64,000 nucleotides of DNA. It comes from Rhodospirillales bacterium (GTDB taxonomy: Bacteria; Pseudomonadota; Alphaproteobacteria; UBA8366; JADFVY01). The notes below the pieces were generated by a model. The model had not been told where the DNA came from and made no database searches. It saw only the letters and a program-made list of their open reading frames with translations. The position numbers and the translations under genes were made by a program. The stretch is from assembly GCA_020356105.1 (NCBI GenBank), contig CP070634.1, positions 3,611,353 to 3,675,352 of the forward strand, written 5' to 3'. Position 1 is the stretch's first letter. Each line of letters begins with the position of its first letter. This document shows, in pieces, positions 28,900-37,837 of the stretch.

Positions 28900-29679
28900 A
28901 TGGATCTGGGACTGAAGGGCAAGAAGGCGATCGTCTGTGCCTCGTCGAAGGGGCTGGGGCGGGCCTGCGCGATGGCGCTGGCGCGCGAGGGCGTCGAGCT
29001 GGTGATCAATTCGCGCAGCTCGCAAGCGCTGGAAGCGACGGCGGCGGAGATCCGCAGCGAGACTGGCGTTGCCGTCACGCCGGTGGCCTGCGACGTCACC
29101 ACCGAAGCGGGGCGAGCCGAGCTGCTCGCCGCCTGCCCGGACCCGGACATCCTGGTCAACAACGCCGGCGGGCCGCCGCCCGGCGACTTCCGCGACTGGG
29201 ACCGCGACGACTGGATCAAGGCGCTGGATGCCAACATGCTGACCCCGATCTTCCTGATCAAGGCGACGGTCGATGGCATGATCGACCGCAAGTTCGGACG
29301 CATCGTCAACATAACCTCGGGCGCGGTGAAGGCGCCGATCGAGATTCTCGGGCTTTCCAACGGCGCCCGCGCCGGGCTGACCGGCTTCATCGCCGGTCTC
29401 GCGCGCAAGACGGTGCGCCATAACGTGACCATCAACAACCTGCTGCCGGGGCCGTTCGATACCGAACGCCTGCACGCTAACATGAAGGTTTCGGCCGAGA
29501 AGGCCGGAGTCAGCGTCGAGGAGTTCGCGGCCCAACGCGCCGCCGGCAACCCCGCCGGCCGGTTCGGCGACCCGGCGGAGTTCGGCCACGCTTGCGCCTT
29601 CCTGTGCTCGGCGCGGAGCGGATTCATCACCGGCCAGAACCTGCTGCTCGATGGCGGCGCTTTCCCAGGGACGCTCTAG
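28900..29679 (+). CDS. SDR-family oxidoreductase
   Basis: 259 aa with the TGxxxGxG-type motif (CASSKGLGRACA), NNAG, and a classical SDR layout. Confidence 0.85.
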   Translation: MDLGLKGKKAIVCASSKGLGRACAMALAREGVELVINSRSSQALEATAAEIRSETGVAVTPVACDVTTEAGRAELLAACPDPDILVNNAGGPPPGDFRDWDRDDWIKALDANMLTPIFLIKATVDGMIDRKFGRIVNITSGAVKAPIEILGLSNGARAGLTGFIAGLARKTVRHNVTINNLLPGPFDTERLHANMKVSAEKAGVSVEEFAAQRAAGNPAGRFGDPAEFGHACAFLCSARSGFITGQNLLLDGGAFPGTL

Positions 29680-29843
29680 AGACTGTGCAAGAACCGTTTA
29701 GGCGCCGCCGCGAAAGACCGGGTCCCACACGCAATCGATAGACAGTTCAAGGCCGACGGATGCCGCTCTTGAGGTAACGATGGCAGCGTCATAGACTTTG
29801 CTGACGATTGGGCCAAGTGGACCAGCCGGGGCGGGCCAGACGC

Positions 29844-31322
29844 GTGCGGGAATCACTGTTCTATCTGAAGCGCAAGCCCGGGATGAGCATCCAGGCGAGC
29901 ATCCGCGAGATGCTGGTCTCGGCGATCCTGGCCCGGCAACTCGCGCCGACGCAGCCGCTTCCCTCCTCCCGGGAGCTGGCGCGGCGGCTGGGCGTGTCGC
30001 GCAACACGGTGGTGCTCGCCTATCAGGGGCTGGTCGACGACGGTTTCATCGAAGCGCGCCAGCGCAGTGGCTATTTCGTCAATCCGGAGATCCTCGAGAG
30101 CCCGCCGGCGCGCCGGGCGCCGGCGGAGCCAGACGCCGCCGACGGGCCCGACTGGGAGAGCATGCTGCGGATGCACCCGGGACGCCAGCCGAACATCGAA
30201 AAGCCGGACGACTGGCAGTCCTATCCCTATCCCTTCGTCTATGGGCAGATCGACCCCGGTCTGTTTCCGATCGCCGCCTGGCGCGACTGCACGCGCCAGG
30301 CGCTGGGGCTCAAGGGCATCGGCCAATGGACGGCGGACCGACTGCATCTGGACGATCCGGAACTGGTGCAGCAGATCCGCACGCGCGTGCTGCCGCGCCG
30401 CGGCATCTGGGTCTCCGCGGACGAGATCCTGATCACGCTGGGCGCGCAGAACGCCCTCTACCTGTTGGCCAGCCTGTTCATCACGCCGGACACCACCGTC
30501 GCGATGGAGGAGCCCGGCTATCCCGACGTGCGCAACATCTTCGCCCTCAAGACCGGCCGCATCCGCCCGATCCCGGTCGATTCCGGCGGGCTTCCCGTGG
30601 ATGATCGGCTTGACGGCTGCGATTTCGTCTATGTCACCCCGAGCCATCAGTTCCCGACCACGGTGACGATGCCCGCGGCGCGCCGTGAAGCCCTGTTGGC
30701 CCGCGCCAGCGAGTCGCGCTTCGTCGTCATCGAGGACGACTACGAGTTCGAGACCAACTACATCGGCAATCCGACGCCGGCCCTCAAATCGATGGATCGC
30801 GACGGTCGTGTCGTCTATGTCGGCAGCCTTTCGAAGACGCTGTTTCCCGGCTTGCGGCTCGGCTATCTGGTGGGTGCGAAACCGCTGATCGAAGAGGCAA
30901 GGGCGTTGCGCCGCCTGATGATGCGCCACGCGCCGAACAACAACCAGCGAACCACCGCTCTGTTCCTTTCACTCGGCCATCACGACGCGCTGGTGCGCCG
31001 ACTGCACCGGATCTACCGGGCACGCTGGCGCGCGATGGACGACGCGCTTTCGCGGCATCTCCCGGAGTCCGCCCGCGCTCCCGGATTCGGCGGCACCAGC
31101 GTCTGGGTGCGCGGCCCGGCCAGGCTCGACAGCGCGGCGCTGGCGCGCGCGGCGCTGGAGGAGGGCATCGTCATCGAGCCCGGCCATGTGCATTTCATGA
31201 CCGCGCCGCAACCGCGCCGGTTCTTCCGGCTCGGCTTTTCGGCGATCCCGGAGGAACGCATCGAACCCGGCGTGCGGCTGCTGTCCGATCTGATCCACAG
31301 CACCAAAGCGGCGCGGGTTTGA
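29844..31322 (+). CDS. MocR-subfamily GntR regulator (wHTH + aminotransferase-like domain), TauR-like by context
   Basis: wHTH LPSSRELARRLGVSRNTVVLAYQGLVDDGFIEARQRSGYFV plus a fold-type-I aminotransferase domain (SLSKTLFPGLRLGY). The start is ambiguous (TTG 29808, GTG 29844, ATG 29883). It lies directly upstream of xsc. Confidence 0.8.
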   Translation: MRESLFYLKRKPGMSIQASIREMLVSAILARQLAPTQPLPSSRELARRLGVSRNTVVLAYQGLVDDGFIEARQRSGYFVNPEILESPPARRAPAEPDAADGPDWESMLRMHPGRQPNIEKPDDWQSYPYPFVYGQIDPGLFPIAAWRDCTRQALGLKGIGQWTADRLHLDDPELVQQIRTRVLPRRGIWVSADEILITLGAQNALYLLASLFITPDTTVAMEEPGYPDVRNIFALKTGRIRPIPVDSGGLPVDDRLDGCDFVYVTPSHQFPTTVTMPAARREALLARASESRFVVIEDDYEFETNYIGNPTPALKSMDRDGRVVYVGSLSKTLFPGLRLGYLVGAKPLIEEARALRRLMMRHAPNNNQRTTALFLSLGHHDALVRRLHRIYRARWRAMDDALSRHLPESARAPGFGGTSVWVRGPARLDSAALARAALEEGIVIEPGHVHFMTAPQPRRFFRLGFSAIPEERIEPGVRLLSDLIHSTKAARV

Positions 31323-31585
31323 GGGGGCAGCGGCAGCCGCCGCGACTGGCACCGTCGATTGCCACCAACTGGCCCTTTGACCGGCGGCATGGGGGGCCCT
31401 AAAACAAGGCGGTACGCAGCGGCCTGCCCGCGCGACAGGGAGGAAACGGCGATGCCCGCGATTTTGCGCGATCCGCCGTTTTCATCGAGGATTTTTCCGT
31501 CCGACGCCGCCCGCCGCGGCGGCTGCCGGCCGGCTCATCGCACGTGCGGCGGCCCCGAGCTGGGCCGCATCAGGAGGAGTTCGAG

Positions 31586-33367
31586 ATGACCAAGATGACC
31601 ACCGAGGAAGCGTTCGTCAAAGTGCTGCAGCGGCACGGGATCGAGCATGCGTTCGGGATCATCGGCTCGGCAATGATGCCGGTGTCCGATCTGTTCCCGA
31701 AGGCCGGAATCACGTTCTGGGATTGCGCCCATGAATGCAACGCCGGCATGATGGCGGACGGCTTTACCCGGGCCAGCGGCAAGATGAGCATGCTGATCGC
31801 GCAGAACGGGCCCGGAATCACCAACTTCGTCACCCCGGTCAAGACGGCCTACTGGAACCACACGCCCTTGCTCCTGGTGACGCCGCAGGCCGCCAACAAG
31901 ACGATCGGCCAGGGCGGTTTCCAGGAAATCCCGCAGATGTCGCTGTTCGAGGACATGGTCTGTTACCAGGAAGAGGTGCGCGACCCGTCCCGGATCGCCG
32001 AGGTACTGAACCGGGTGATCGAGCAGGCCTGGCGCGGCAGCGCGCCGGCGCAGATCAACGTGCCGCGCGACTTCTGGACCCAGATCGTCGATATCGAGAT
32101 CCCCGAAACCGTCAGGCTCGAACGCCCGGCCGGCGGCGAGCAGGCGATCGCCGAGGCGGCGAAGCTGCTGTCGGATGCGAAATTTCCGGTGATCCTGAAC
32201 GGCGCCGGCGTCGTGCTCTCGGGCGGTATCCCGGCATCCGCGAAGCTTGCAGAGAAGCTCGGCGCGCCGGTCTGCTGTGGCTATCAGCACAACGACGCGT
32301 TCCCGGGTTCGCACCCGCTCTCGGTCGGCCCGCTCGGCTATAACGGCTCAAAGGCGGCGATGGAACTGATCGCTAAGGCCGATGTGGTGCTGTGCCTGGG
32401 GACCCGGCTCAACCCGTTCTCGACCCTGCCCGGCTACGGCATCGATTACTGGCCCAAGGACGCCAAGGTGATCCAGGTCGATGTCAACGCGGATCGCATC
32501 GGGCTGACCAAGAAGGTCACCGTCGCCGTCCAGGGCGACGCCAGGCTGGTCGCCGAGCGCCTGCTCGCGAAACTCGCCGCCAATGCGGGCAATGCCGGCC
32601 GCGACGAGCGCGAGGCGCTGATCCATCAGACGCGTTCCGCCTGGCAGCAGCAGCTCGCCTCGATGGACCATGAGGACGACGATCCGGGCACGACGTGGAA
32701 CGAGCGCGCACGCGACCGCGAGCCGGAGAAGATGTCGCCGCGCATGGCTTGGCGGGCGATCCAGTCGGCGCTGCCGAAGGACTTCATCATGTCGTCGGAC
32801 ATCGGCAACAACTGCGCGATCGGCAACGCCTACCCGACTTTCGAGCATGGGCGCCGCTATCTCGCACCGGGCCTTTTCGGGCCCTGCGGCTATGGCTTCC
32901 CGTCGATCCTGGGCGCCAAGATCGCGTGCCCGGACCTGCCGGTCATCGGTTTTGCTGGGGACGGCGCCTTCGGCATCTCGATGAACGAGATGACCGCCTG
33001 CGGCCGCGACGAGTGGCCGGCGATCACCATGGTGATCTTCCGCAACTACCAATGGGGCGCCGAAAAGCGGAACACGACGCTGTGGTATGCCGACAACTTC
33101 GTCGGCACCGAGCTCGACCTCGACGTCGAATACGCGAAGATCGCCGAGGCCTGCGGCGTCAGGGGCGTTCAGGTCGCAACGATGGAGCAGCTGACCGAAG
33201 AGTTGAAGAAGGCCATCGATGCGCAGATGAAGAACAAGGAGACGGTCTTCATCGAGGCGTTGATCAACCAGGAGTTGGGCGAGCCGTTCCGCCGCGACGC
33301 CATGAAGGCGCCGACCGTCGTTGCGGGAATCGATCCGGCCGACATGCGGCCGCAGCAGGCCGGGTAA
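31586..33367 (+). CDS. xsc: Sulfoacetaldehyde acetyltransferase (ThDP-dependent)
   Basis: ATG 31586 (CAGGAGGAG upstream). The N-terminus MTKMTTEEAFVKVLQRHGIEHAFGIIGSAMMPVSDLFPKAGITFWDCAHECNAGMMADGFTRA matches my memory of characterised Xsc proteins. ThDP motif GDGAFGISMNE. About 593 aa. Confidence 0.85.
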   Translation: MTKMTTEEAFVKVLQRHGIEHAFGIIGSAMMPVSDLFPKAGITFWDCAHECNAGMMADGFTRASGKMSMLIAQNGPGITNFVTPVKTAYWNHTPLLLVTPQAANKTIGQGGFQEIPQMSLFEDMVCYQEEVRDPSRIAEVLNRVIEQAWRGSAPAQINVPRDFWTQIVDIEIPETVRLERPAGGEQAIAEAAKLLSDAKFPVILNGAGVVLSGGIPASAKLAEKLGAPVCCGYQHNDAFPGSHPLSVGPLGYNGSKAAMELIAKADVVLCLGTRLNPFSTLPGYGIDYWPKDAKVIQVDVNADRIGLTKKVTVAVQGDARLVAERLLAKLAANAGNAGRDEREALIHQTRSAWQQQLASMDHEDDDPGTTWNERARDREPEKMSPRMAWRAIQSALPKDFIMSSDIGNNCAIGNAYPTFEHGRRYLAPGLFGPCGYGFPSILGAKIACPDLPVIGFAGDGAFGISMNEMTACGRDEWPAITMVIFRNYQWGAEKRNTTLWYADNFVGTELDLDVEYAKIAEACGVRGVQVATMEQLTEELKKAIDAQMKNKETVFIEALINQELGEPFRRDAMKAPTVVAGIDPADMRPQQAG

Positions 33368-33527
33368 GGCGATTTATTGCGATCGTTTCGGCTGCGATGC
33401 GGTTGACGCGCCTGTCCGCACGCTCGACAAACTCAGGTGCGTCACGGTAGCCTGAACCGCATCGGAACCGGCGGGCCGGCGCGGTCTTGGCTTGGCGGTG
33501 CGTGCGGCGGCAGGGCAGGGCAGAACG

Positions 33528-34775
33528 ATGCGATTGACCGATCATGAAGAGGCGATGCTCGCCGGCGGATTCGGCGAGCCGCGCCGCCGCGCGCTGGAGC
33601 AGCAAATTCAGGTCGGGCAGTTCTTCGATGCCGAGGATTTCGTCGAGATCAGCCAGGTCCACCTGATGGCGGATACCGAATCTCTGGGCGAGGCGGGCGT
33701 CGCCTGGCTCGAGGAGATCGCCACCTTTCCGGAGGCGGAGCGCCGCGTTCGCGTGCCGACGGTCACCGATCCGCGGGGCATCGATTTCGACGCCTACCGG
33801 CGGCTCAACCAGCTCGAGTCCTGGGCGGTTCTCGAGCAGCGCGCCATCGATGCGTTCGTGGCGATGGGCGTGCTGATGACCGATACCTGCATCAACTACC
33901 AGACGATCATTCCGCCGGCCTATCGCGAGCACATCGCCTTCGGCGACACCGGATCGACCATCTACGCCAACAGCGTGCTCGGTGCGCGCAGCAATTTCGA
34001 GGGCGGCCCGGCGGCGCTGGCGGCGGCGCTGACCGGCCGGACGCCGCGTTACGGCTGCCATCTGGAGGAGGGGCGTCGCGGCACGCACCGGTTCGTCGTC
34101 AAGGACCGGCCGCGCAGTTTGAGCGACTGGGGGGCGCTGGGCGGCGTCGTCGGCCGCGCGACGGGATCCTACTGGACGGTGCCGGTGCTCGAGGGTATCG
34201 ACGGCACGCCGACCTCGGACGAGCTCAAGCATTTCGGCGCCGCGCTGGCCAGCTACGGCTCGGTGCCGCTGTTCCACATGATCGGCGTGACGCCCGAGGC
34301 GCAGGATCTGGGTGACGTCTTCGCCGGCAAGGTGCCGGACCCGATCACGCTGACGCGTGCCGATATGGACGCCTTCTATGACGGCTTCGGGCTGCATGAG
34401 GACGGCGTCGATGTCGTCGTCTTCGCGGCACCGCAACAATCGCTGGTCGAGATGCAACGGATCGCCCGGCTGCTGGAAGGGCGCACCGTCCAAGCCGGCA
34501 CGACCCTGATCGCCGCCACCTCGCCCGAGATCAAGTCGGCCTGCGACCGCATGGGCCTCACCGCGACCATCGAGGCGGCGGGCGGCATCGTCCTCCAGGG
34601 GGTCTGCTTCTATCAGATGTATGCGCGCGAGACCGGGGAGGCGAATGGATGGAAGCGGCTGCTGACGAACTCGGCGAAGCTGGTCAACATCATCGCGGGT
34701 TACGGCTACGAGCCCGTGCTGGCGCCGATGGAAAGTTGCATCGAGGCGGCCTGTGCCGGCCGGATGGCGAAATGA
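33528..34775 (+). CDS. Aconitase X large (catalytic) subunit, DUF521 family
   Basis: ATG 33528 (MRLTDHEEAMLAGGFGE...). The layout is typical of DUF521 (VHLMADTESLGEAG..., TDTCINYQ, GDTGSTIYANSVLGARSNFEGGP). 415 aa. Confidence 0.75.
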   Translation: MRLTDHEEAMLAGGFGEPRRRALEQQIQVGQFFDAEDFVEISQVHLMADTESLGEAGVAWLEEIATFPEAERRVRVPTVTDPRGIDFDAYRRLNQLESWAVLEQRAIDAFVAMGVLMTDTCINYQTIIPPAYREHIAFGDTGSTIYANSVLGARSNFEGGPAALAAALTGRTPRYGCHLEEGRRGTHRFVVKDRPRSLSDWGALGGVVGRATGSYWTVPVLEGIDGTPTSDELKHFGAALASYGSVPLFHMIGVTPEAQDLGDVFAGKVPDPITLTRADMDAFYDGFGLHEDGVDVVVFAAPQQSLVEMQRIARLLEGRTVQAGTTLIAATSPEIKSACDRMGLTATIEAAGGIVLQGVCFYQMYARETGEANGWKRLLTNSAKLVNIIAGYGYEPVLAPMESCIEAACAGRMAK

Positions 34776-35182
34776 GCGATCGCATCATTAGAGGCCATGT
34801 CGGCATTGGCGCCGCGGTCACCGGCACCGCGCTGGTGGCCCGGGACGATTTCAGCGCCCGCTACGATCTCGACCGCATCGCCGGCGTCTTCTCGCGCCCG
34901 GCGCACAAGCTGTGCGGCGAGTCTTACGTCGGCAAGATCCTGGTCCTGAATACCGCCAAGGGCGGCGTCGCCACGGCGTGGATGCTGCATGAAATGCGGG
35001 CGCGCGGGATGGCTCCGGCGGCGCTGCTGCTGAACGCGGCAAACCCGATCATGGCGCAGGGCGCGGCGCTGGCCGGGTTGCCCTTTGTGGACCGCTTCGA
35101 GACCGACATCACTGCGGCGATCCGGACCGGCGACGAGGTCGCAGTCGATCCGGCGGCAGGCACCGTCACCATCCTGGCCTGA
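34772..35182 (+). CDS. Aconitase X small (swivel) subunit, DUF126 family
   Basis: ATG 34772 overlaps the upstream TGA (ATGA). 136 aa. ...GESYVGKILVLNTAKGGVATAWMLHEMRARGMAPAALLLNAANPIMAQGAALAGLP is typical of DUF126. Confidence 0.7.
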   Translation: MSDRIIRGHVGIGAAVTGTALVARDDFSARYDLDRIAGVFSRPAHKLCGESYVGKILVLNTAKGGVATAWMLHEMRARGMAPAALLLNAANPIMAQGAALAGLPFVDRFETDITAAIRTGDEVAVDPAAGTVTILA

Positions 35183-35209
35183 CCGCGCGGTGCCGTTGGA
35201 GGAGAGGCG

Positions 35210-36127
35210 ATGCTGAGCAGATTGCCCTTCGAGTTTCCCGCCTATCTCGGCGATCTTGCCGCGACGCTGGCGCCGGTGCCGATGGCGGTGGCCGGGGCCG
35301 GTCATCCGCTGGTTATGGACAGCGCCCGGCGTGCCGCAGAAGCCGGATTCATCGACCCGATCCTGGTCGGCGACGCCGATGCCATCGCGGCCCTGGCCAC
35401 CGATGTCGGATGGCACCTCGCCGCGATCCGGGTGGTTCCGGCAAGCGACGAGCGGCGCGCCTGCGAGACGGCGGCCGCGTTGGCCCGTGGCGGTGAGGTG
35501 GCGGCGATCATGAAGGGGCATGTCCATACGGACGCGCTGATGCGGGCCCTCTTGGCGCGCGACGCCGGGCTGCGCACCGACCGCCGGGTCAGCCACATCT
35601 TCCACATGACCGTGCCGGGGCGCGACCGCGTGCTGCACATCACCGACGCCGCGGTCAACATCCGGCCGGAGGTCGACGCCAAGCTCGACATCGTGCGCAA
35701 CGCAGTCGATCTCGCTCATCGCCTGGGCCTCGCCGCGCCCAGGGTGGCGCTGCTGTCCGGGGCCGAGACCGTCAATCCGTCGATGCCATCCAGCGTCGAG
35801 GCGGCCGAGGTGGTGCGCGCCGCCGCCAATGGCGGCGTCTCCGGCGCCGTCGTCGACGGTCCGTTCGGCTTCGACAACGCGGTCTCGCCGGAGGCGGCGC
35901 GGCTCAAGGGGATCGACAGCCCGGTCGCCGGGGCCGCCGATATCCTGGTGGTGCCGAATCTCGAGGCCGGCAACTTCCTGTTCAAGCAGATGGTCTATTT
36001 CATGAGCGCGACGGCGGCCGGCATCGTCATGGGCGCGAAGGTGCCCGTCGTGCTGACCTCGCGCGCCGATCCGCCGGAAGCGCGGCTGGCCGCCGCCGCG
36101 ATCGCGGCAATCGTGGCCCGGCATTGA
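35210..36127 (+). CDS. pta: Phosphate acetyltransferase (PTA_PTB-only short form)
   Basis: 305 aa, starting 27 nt after the DUF126 stop with a GGAGGAGAGG RBS. Motifs AIMKGHVHTD, LHITDAAVNI and ADILVVPNLEAGNFLFK. It is the usual partner of xsc. Confidence 0.8.
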   Translation: MLSRLPFEFPAYLGDLAATLAPVPMAVAGAGHPLVMDSARRAAEAGFIDPILVGDADAIAALATDVGWHLAAIRVVPASDERRACETAAALARGGEVAAIMKGHVHTDALMRALLARDAGLRTDRRVSHIFHMTVPGRDRVLHITDAAVNIRPEVDAKLDIVRNAVDLAHRLGLAAPRVALLSGAETVNPSMPSSVEAAEVVRAAANGGVSGAVVDGPFGFDNAVSPEAARLKGIDSPVAGAADILVVPNLEAGNFLFKQMVYFMSATAAGIVMGAKVPVVLTSRADPPEARLAAAAIAAIVARH

Positions 36128-36240
36128 GTCGGCGGCGGACCGCCCCATGAGCCGTCTTTAGCGATTCTTAACCGGTTCCTGCGCATCCTTGGCGCTTGGC
36201 TTGATCCGCCCGATGGGGCGCAGCTGGGAATGCCAAAGAG

Positions 36241-36921
36241 ATGCGCAAGATACTGATCATCAATCTTTTTCTGCCCGCCATCTTACTTACCGGGGGTCCG
36301 GCGCGCGCCGACGGATTCGCCATTGGCGCAGGTATCAGCACGATGGGTTACGGTATCCATGCCGCAACCGAGGTGAACAGCTTTCTGGCCCTGCGCGTGA
36401 ACGGGAATTTCGGCGATTTCACGATTCCGGATTATGGGCTGCTGAGCAGCAGCCTCGGCGGCCTCGACTACGACATTGATGCCAGGATGAAGTCGATCGG
36501 CTTGCTCGCGGACCTGCACCCGCTGGGGCTGTCGCCGATCGGCGGCGGCTTCGTTTTGACCGGCGGTGTCTTCTATAATCAGAACGAGTTCGATTTTAGC
36601 GCTGTTTCGGGGGCGGGCGATACGATCGGCGGCGTTCCGATCCCCGCGGGAACGTCGGTGATCGCGAACATGACGTTCGACAGGGAATTCGCCCCTTATG
36701 CCGGGCTCGGTTACGACGGCACGTTCCAGGGTGCGCTGCCGATCAGCTTCTTTCTTACGGCAGGCGTGCTGTTCCAGGGCGGTCCCAGTGTCGCGCTGAC
36801 CGAGTCGAGCGGGACCGTTCCCCAGGCGAACTTGGATGCCGAGGCCCGCCAGATCGAAGAAGACGCTCAGGATTTCGAGTATTACCCGGTCGTCGCGATC
36901 GGCCTGACGATCAGTTTCTGA
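36241..36921 (+). CDS. Outer-membrane beta-barrel protein (OmpW/porin-like)
   Basis: Signal peptide MRKILIINLFLPAILLTGGPARA, alternating beta-strand pattern, and C-terminal ...VVAIGLTISF ending in Phe. Confidence 0.6.
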   Translation: MRKILIINLFLPAILLTGGPARADGFAIGAGISTMGYGIHAATEVNSFLALRVNGNFGDFTIPDYGLLSSSLGGLDYDIDARMKSIGLLADLHPLGLSPIGGGFVLTGGVFYNQNEFDFSAVSGAGDTIGGVPIPAGTSVIANMTFDREFAPYAGLGYDGTFQGALPISFFLTAGVLFQGGPSVALTESSGTVPQANLDAEARQIEEDAQDFEYYPVVAIGLTISF

Positions 36922-36943
36922 ACGGGAGCGCTCGACGTTTGCA

Positions 36944-36968
36944 GGGCGGCCGCCGCGCCGCCCTTTTT
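36944..36968 (+). terminator. Rho-independent terminator after the OMP gene
   Basis: GGGCGGC-cgccgc-GCCGCCC followed by TTTTTG. Confidence 0.6.
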
Positions 36969-37104
36969 GTTGCGTTGCGCCAAACTCGCTGCGGCAACGC
37001 GCTTGAGCCGGCCGGCGCTCTTCCTGTGCATGGTTGCGTGGAATGTTCTGGGCGGAAATGAGAGGAAAATGGCACTCCCCGCGGCATTTCGACATTCATT
37101 GTGC

Positions 37105-37173
37105 GCTGCAGCAAATAGCCCTTGACAGTACCAGTCATGAAGCGTACATCAATCGAAATGCTGCAATGCAGCA
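37105..37173 (+). promoter_or_regulatory. Candidate phasin promoter with PhaR-type operators
   Basis: TTGACA (37122-37127), a 17-nt spacer, then TACATC (37145-37150). A perfect 15-bp palindrome TGCTGCAaTGCAGCA (37159-37173) contains CTGC-N3-GCAG. The half-site TGCAGCA recurs within GCTGCAGC at 37105-37113. Confidence 0.45.
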
Positions 37174-37259
37174 AAGAACGGCGCAGGCCGCGTTGCGGCG
37201 CGATAGAGACAGTCATTTGGCGACAGGTTCGCCAACACGAAACAAGAGGACATCGGTTC

Positions 37260-37760
37260 ATGAGCACCCAGACCAAGACCCCGAAGGCTGCGGCGAAGAC
37301 CGTCGAGAAAGCGACGGCTGCGCCGACCAGCGCTCCCGTCGAGGCGACCGTCGAGGCCGTGACGGAGCAGGTTGAAAAGCAGGTTGAAAAGGCCGCTGCT
37401 GTGGCGGCACAGGGCTACGGCGACTTTGCCGTACTGCAAAAGGAAGCATTCGACGCGCTGGTGCGGTCGGGTGAAATCCTGACCAAGGGCGCGGAGGCGC
37501 TCGGCAAGGAGTATCTCGCCTTCGCGCAGGAAGCCGCCGAGGCAAACAACCAGGCCGCCAAGGCCCTGATGGGGGCGAAATCCGTGACGGAATTCGTCCA
37601 ACTGCAGAGCGACTACTTCCGGATCAGCCTCGACAAGTCGGTCGACGAGGGCACCAAGCTTTCGGAAATGTCGATGAAGATCGCCACCGAGGCGTTCGAG
37701 CCGCTGCAGAAGCAGATGACGGCTGCCGTCGAGGCAGGCATAAAGCCTCTGTCGGTCTGA
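37260..37760 (+). CDS. Phasin family protein (PHA granule-associated)
   Basis: ATG 37260 (AAGAGGA upstream). It is Ala/Glu/Lys-rich and helical, with ...GYGDFAVLQKEAFDALVRSGEILTKGAEALGKEYLAFAQEAAEANNQAAKALMGAKSVTEFVQLQSDYFR typical of Phasin_2. Confidence 0.8.
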   Translation: MSTQTKTPKAAAKTVEKATAAPTSAPVEATVEAVTEQVEKQVEKAAAVAAQGYGDFAVLQKEAFDALVRSGEILTKGAEALGKEYLAFAQEAAEANNQAAKALMGAKSVTEFVQLQSDYFRISLDKSVDEGTKLSEMSMKIATEAFEPLQKQMTAAVEAGIKPLSV

Positions 37761-37837
37761 CGATTTAGCGCGGTCTTCAGGATCGCGGAACGCGGCCCGG
37801 CCTCGTGCCGGGCCGTTTCTATTTGGTGCTTGCGCAT

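Noticed and set aside
33528-35182. Possibility that the large and small subunit pair next to xsc is sulfolactate sulfo-lyase SuyAB.
   Set aside because: As I recall, SuyAB belongs to the altronate-dehydratase (SAF/UxaA-type) family with the small subunit encoded first. Here the sequences look like DUF521 then DUF126 (aconitase X), large subunit first. A profile search should still confirm this.
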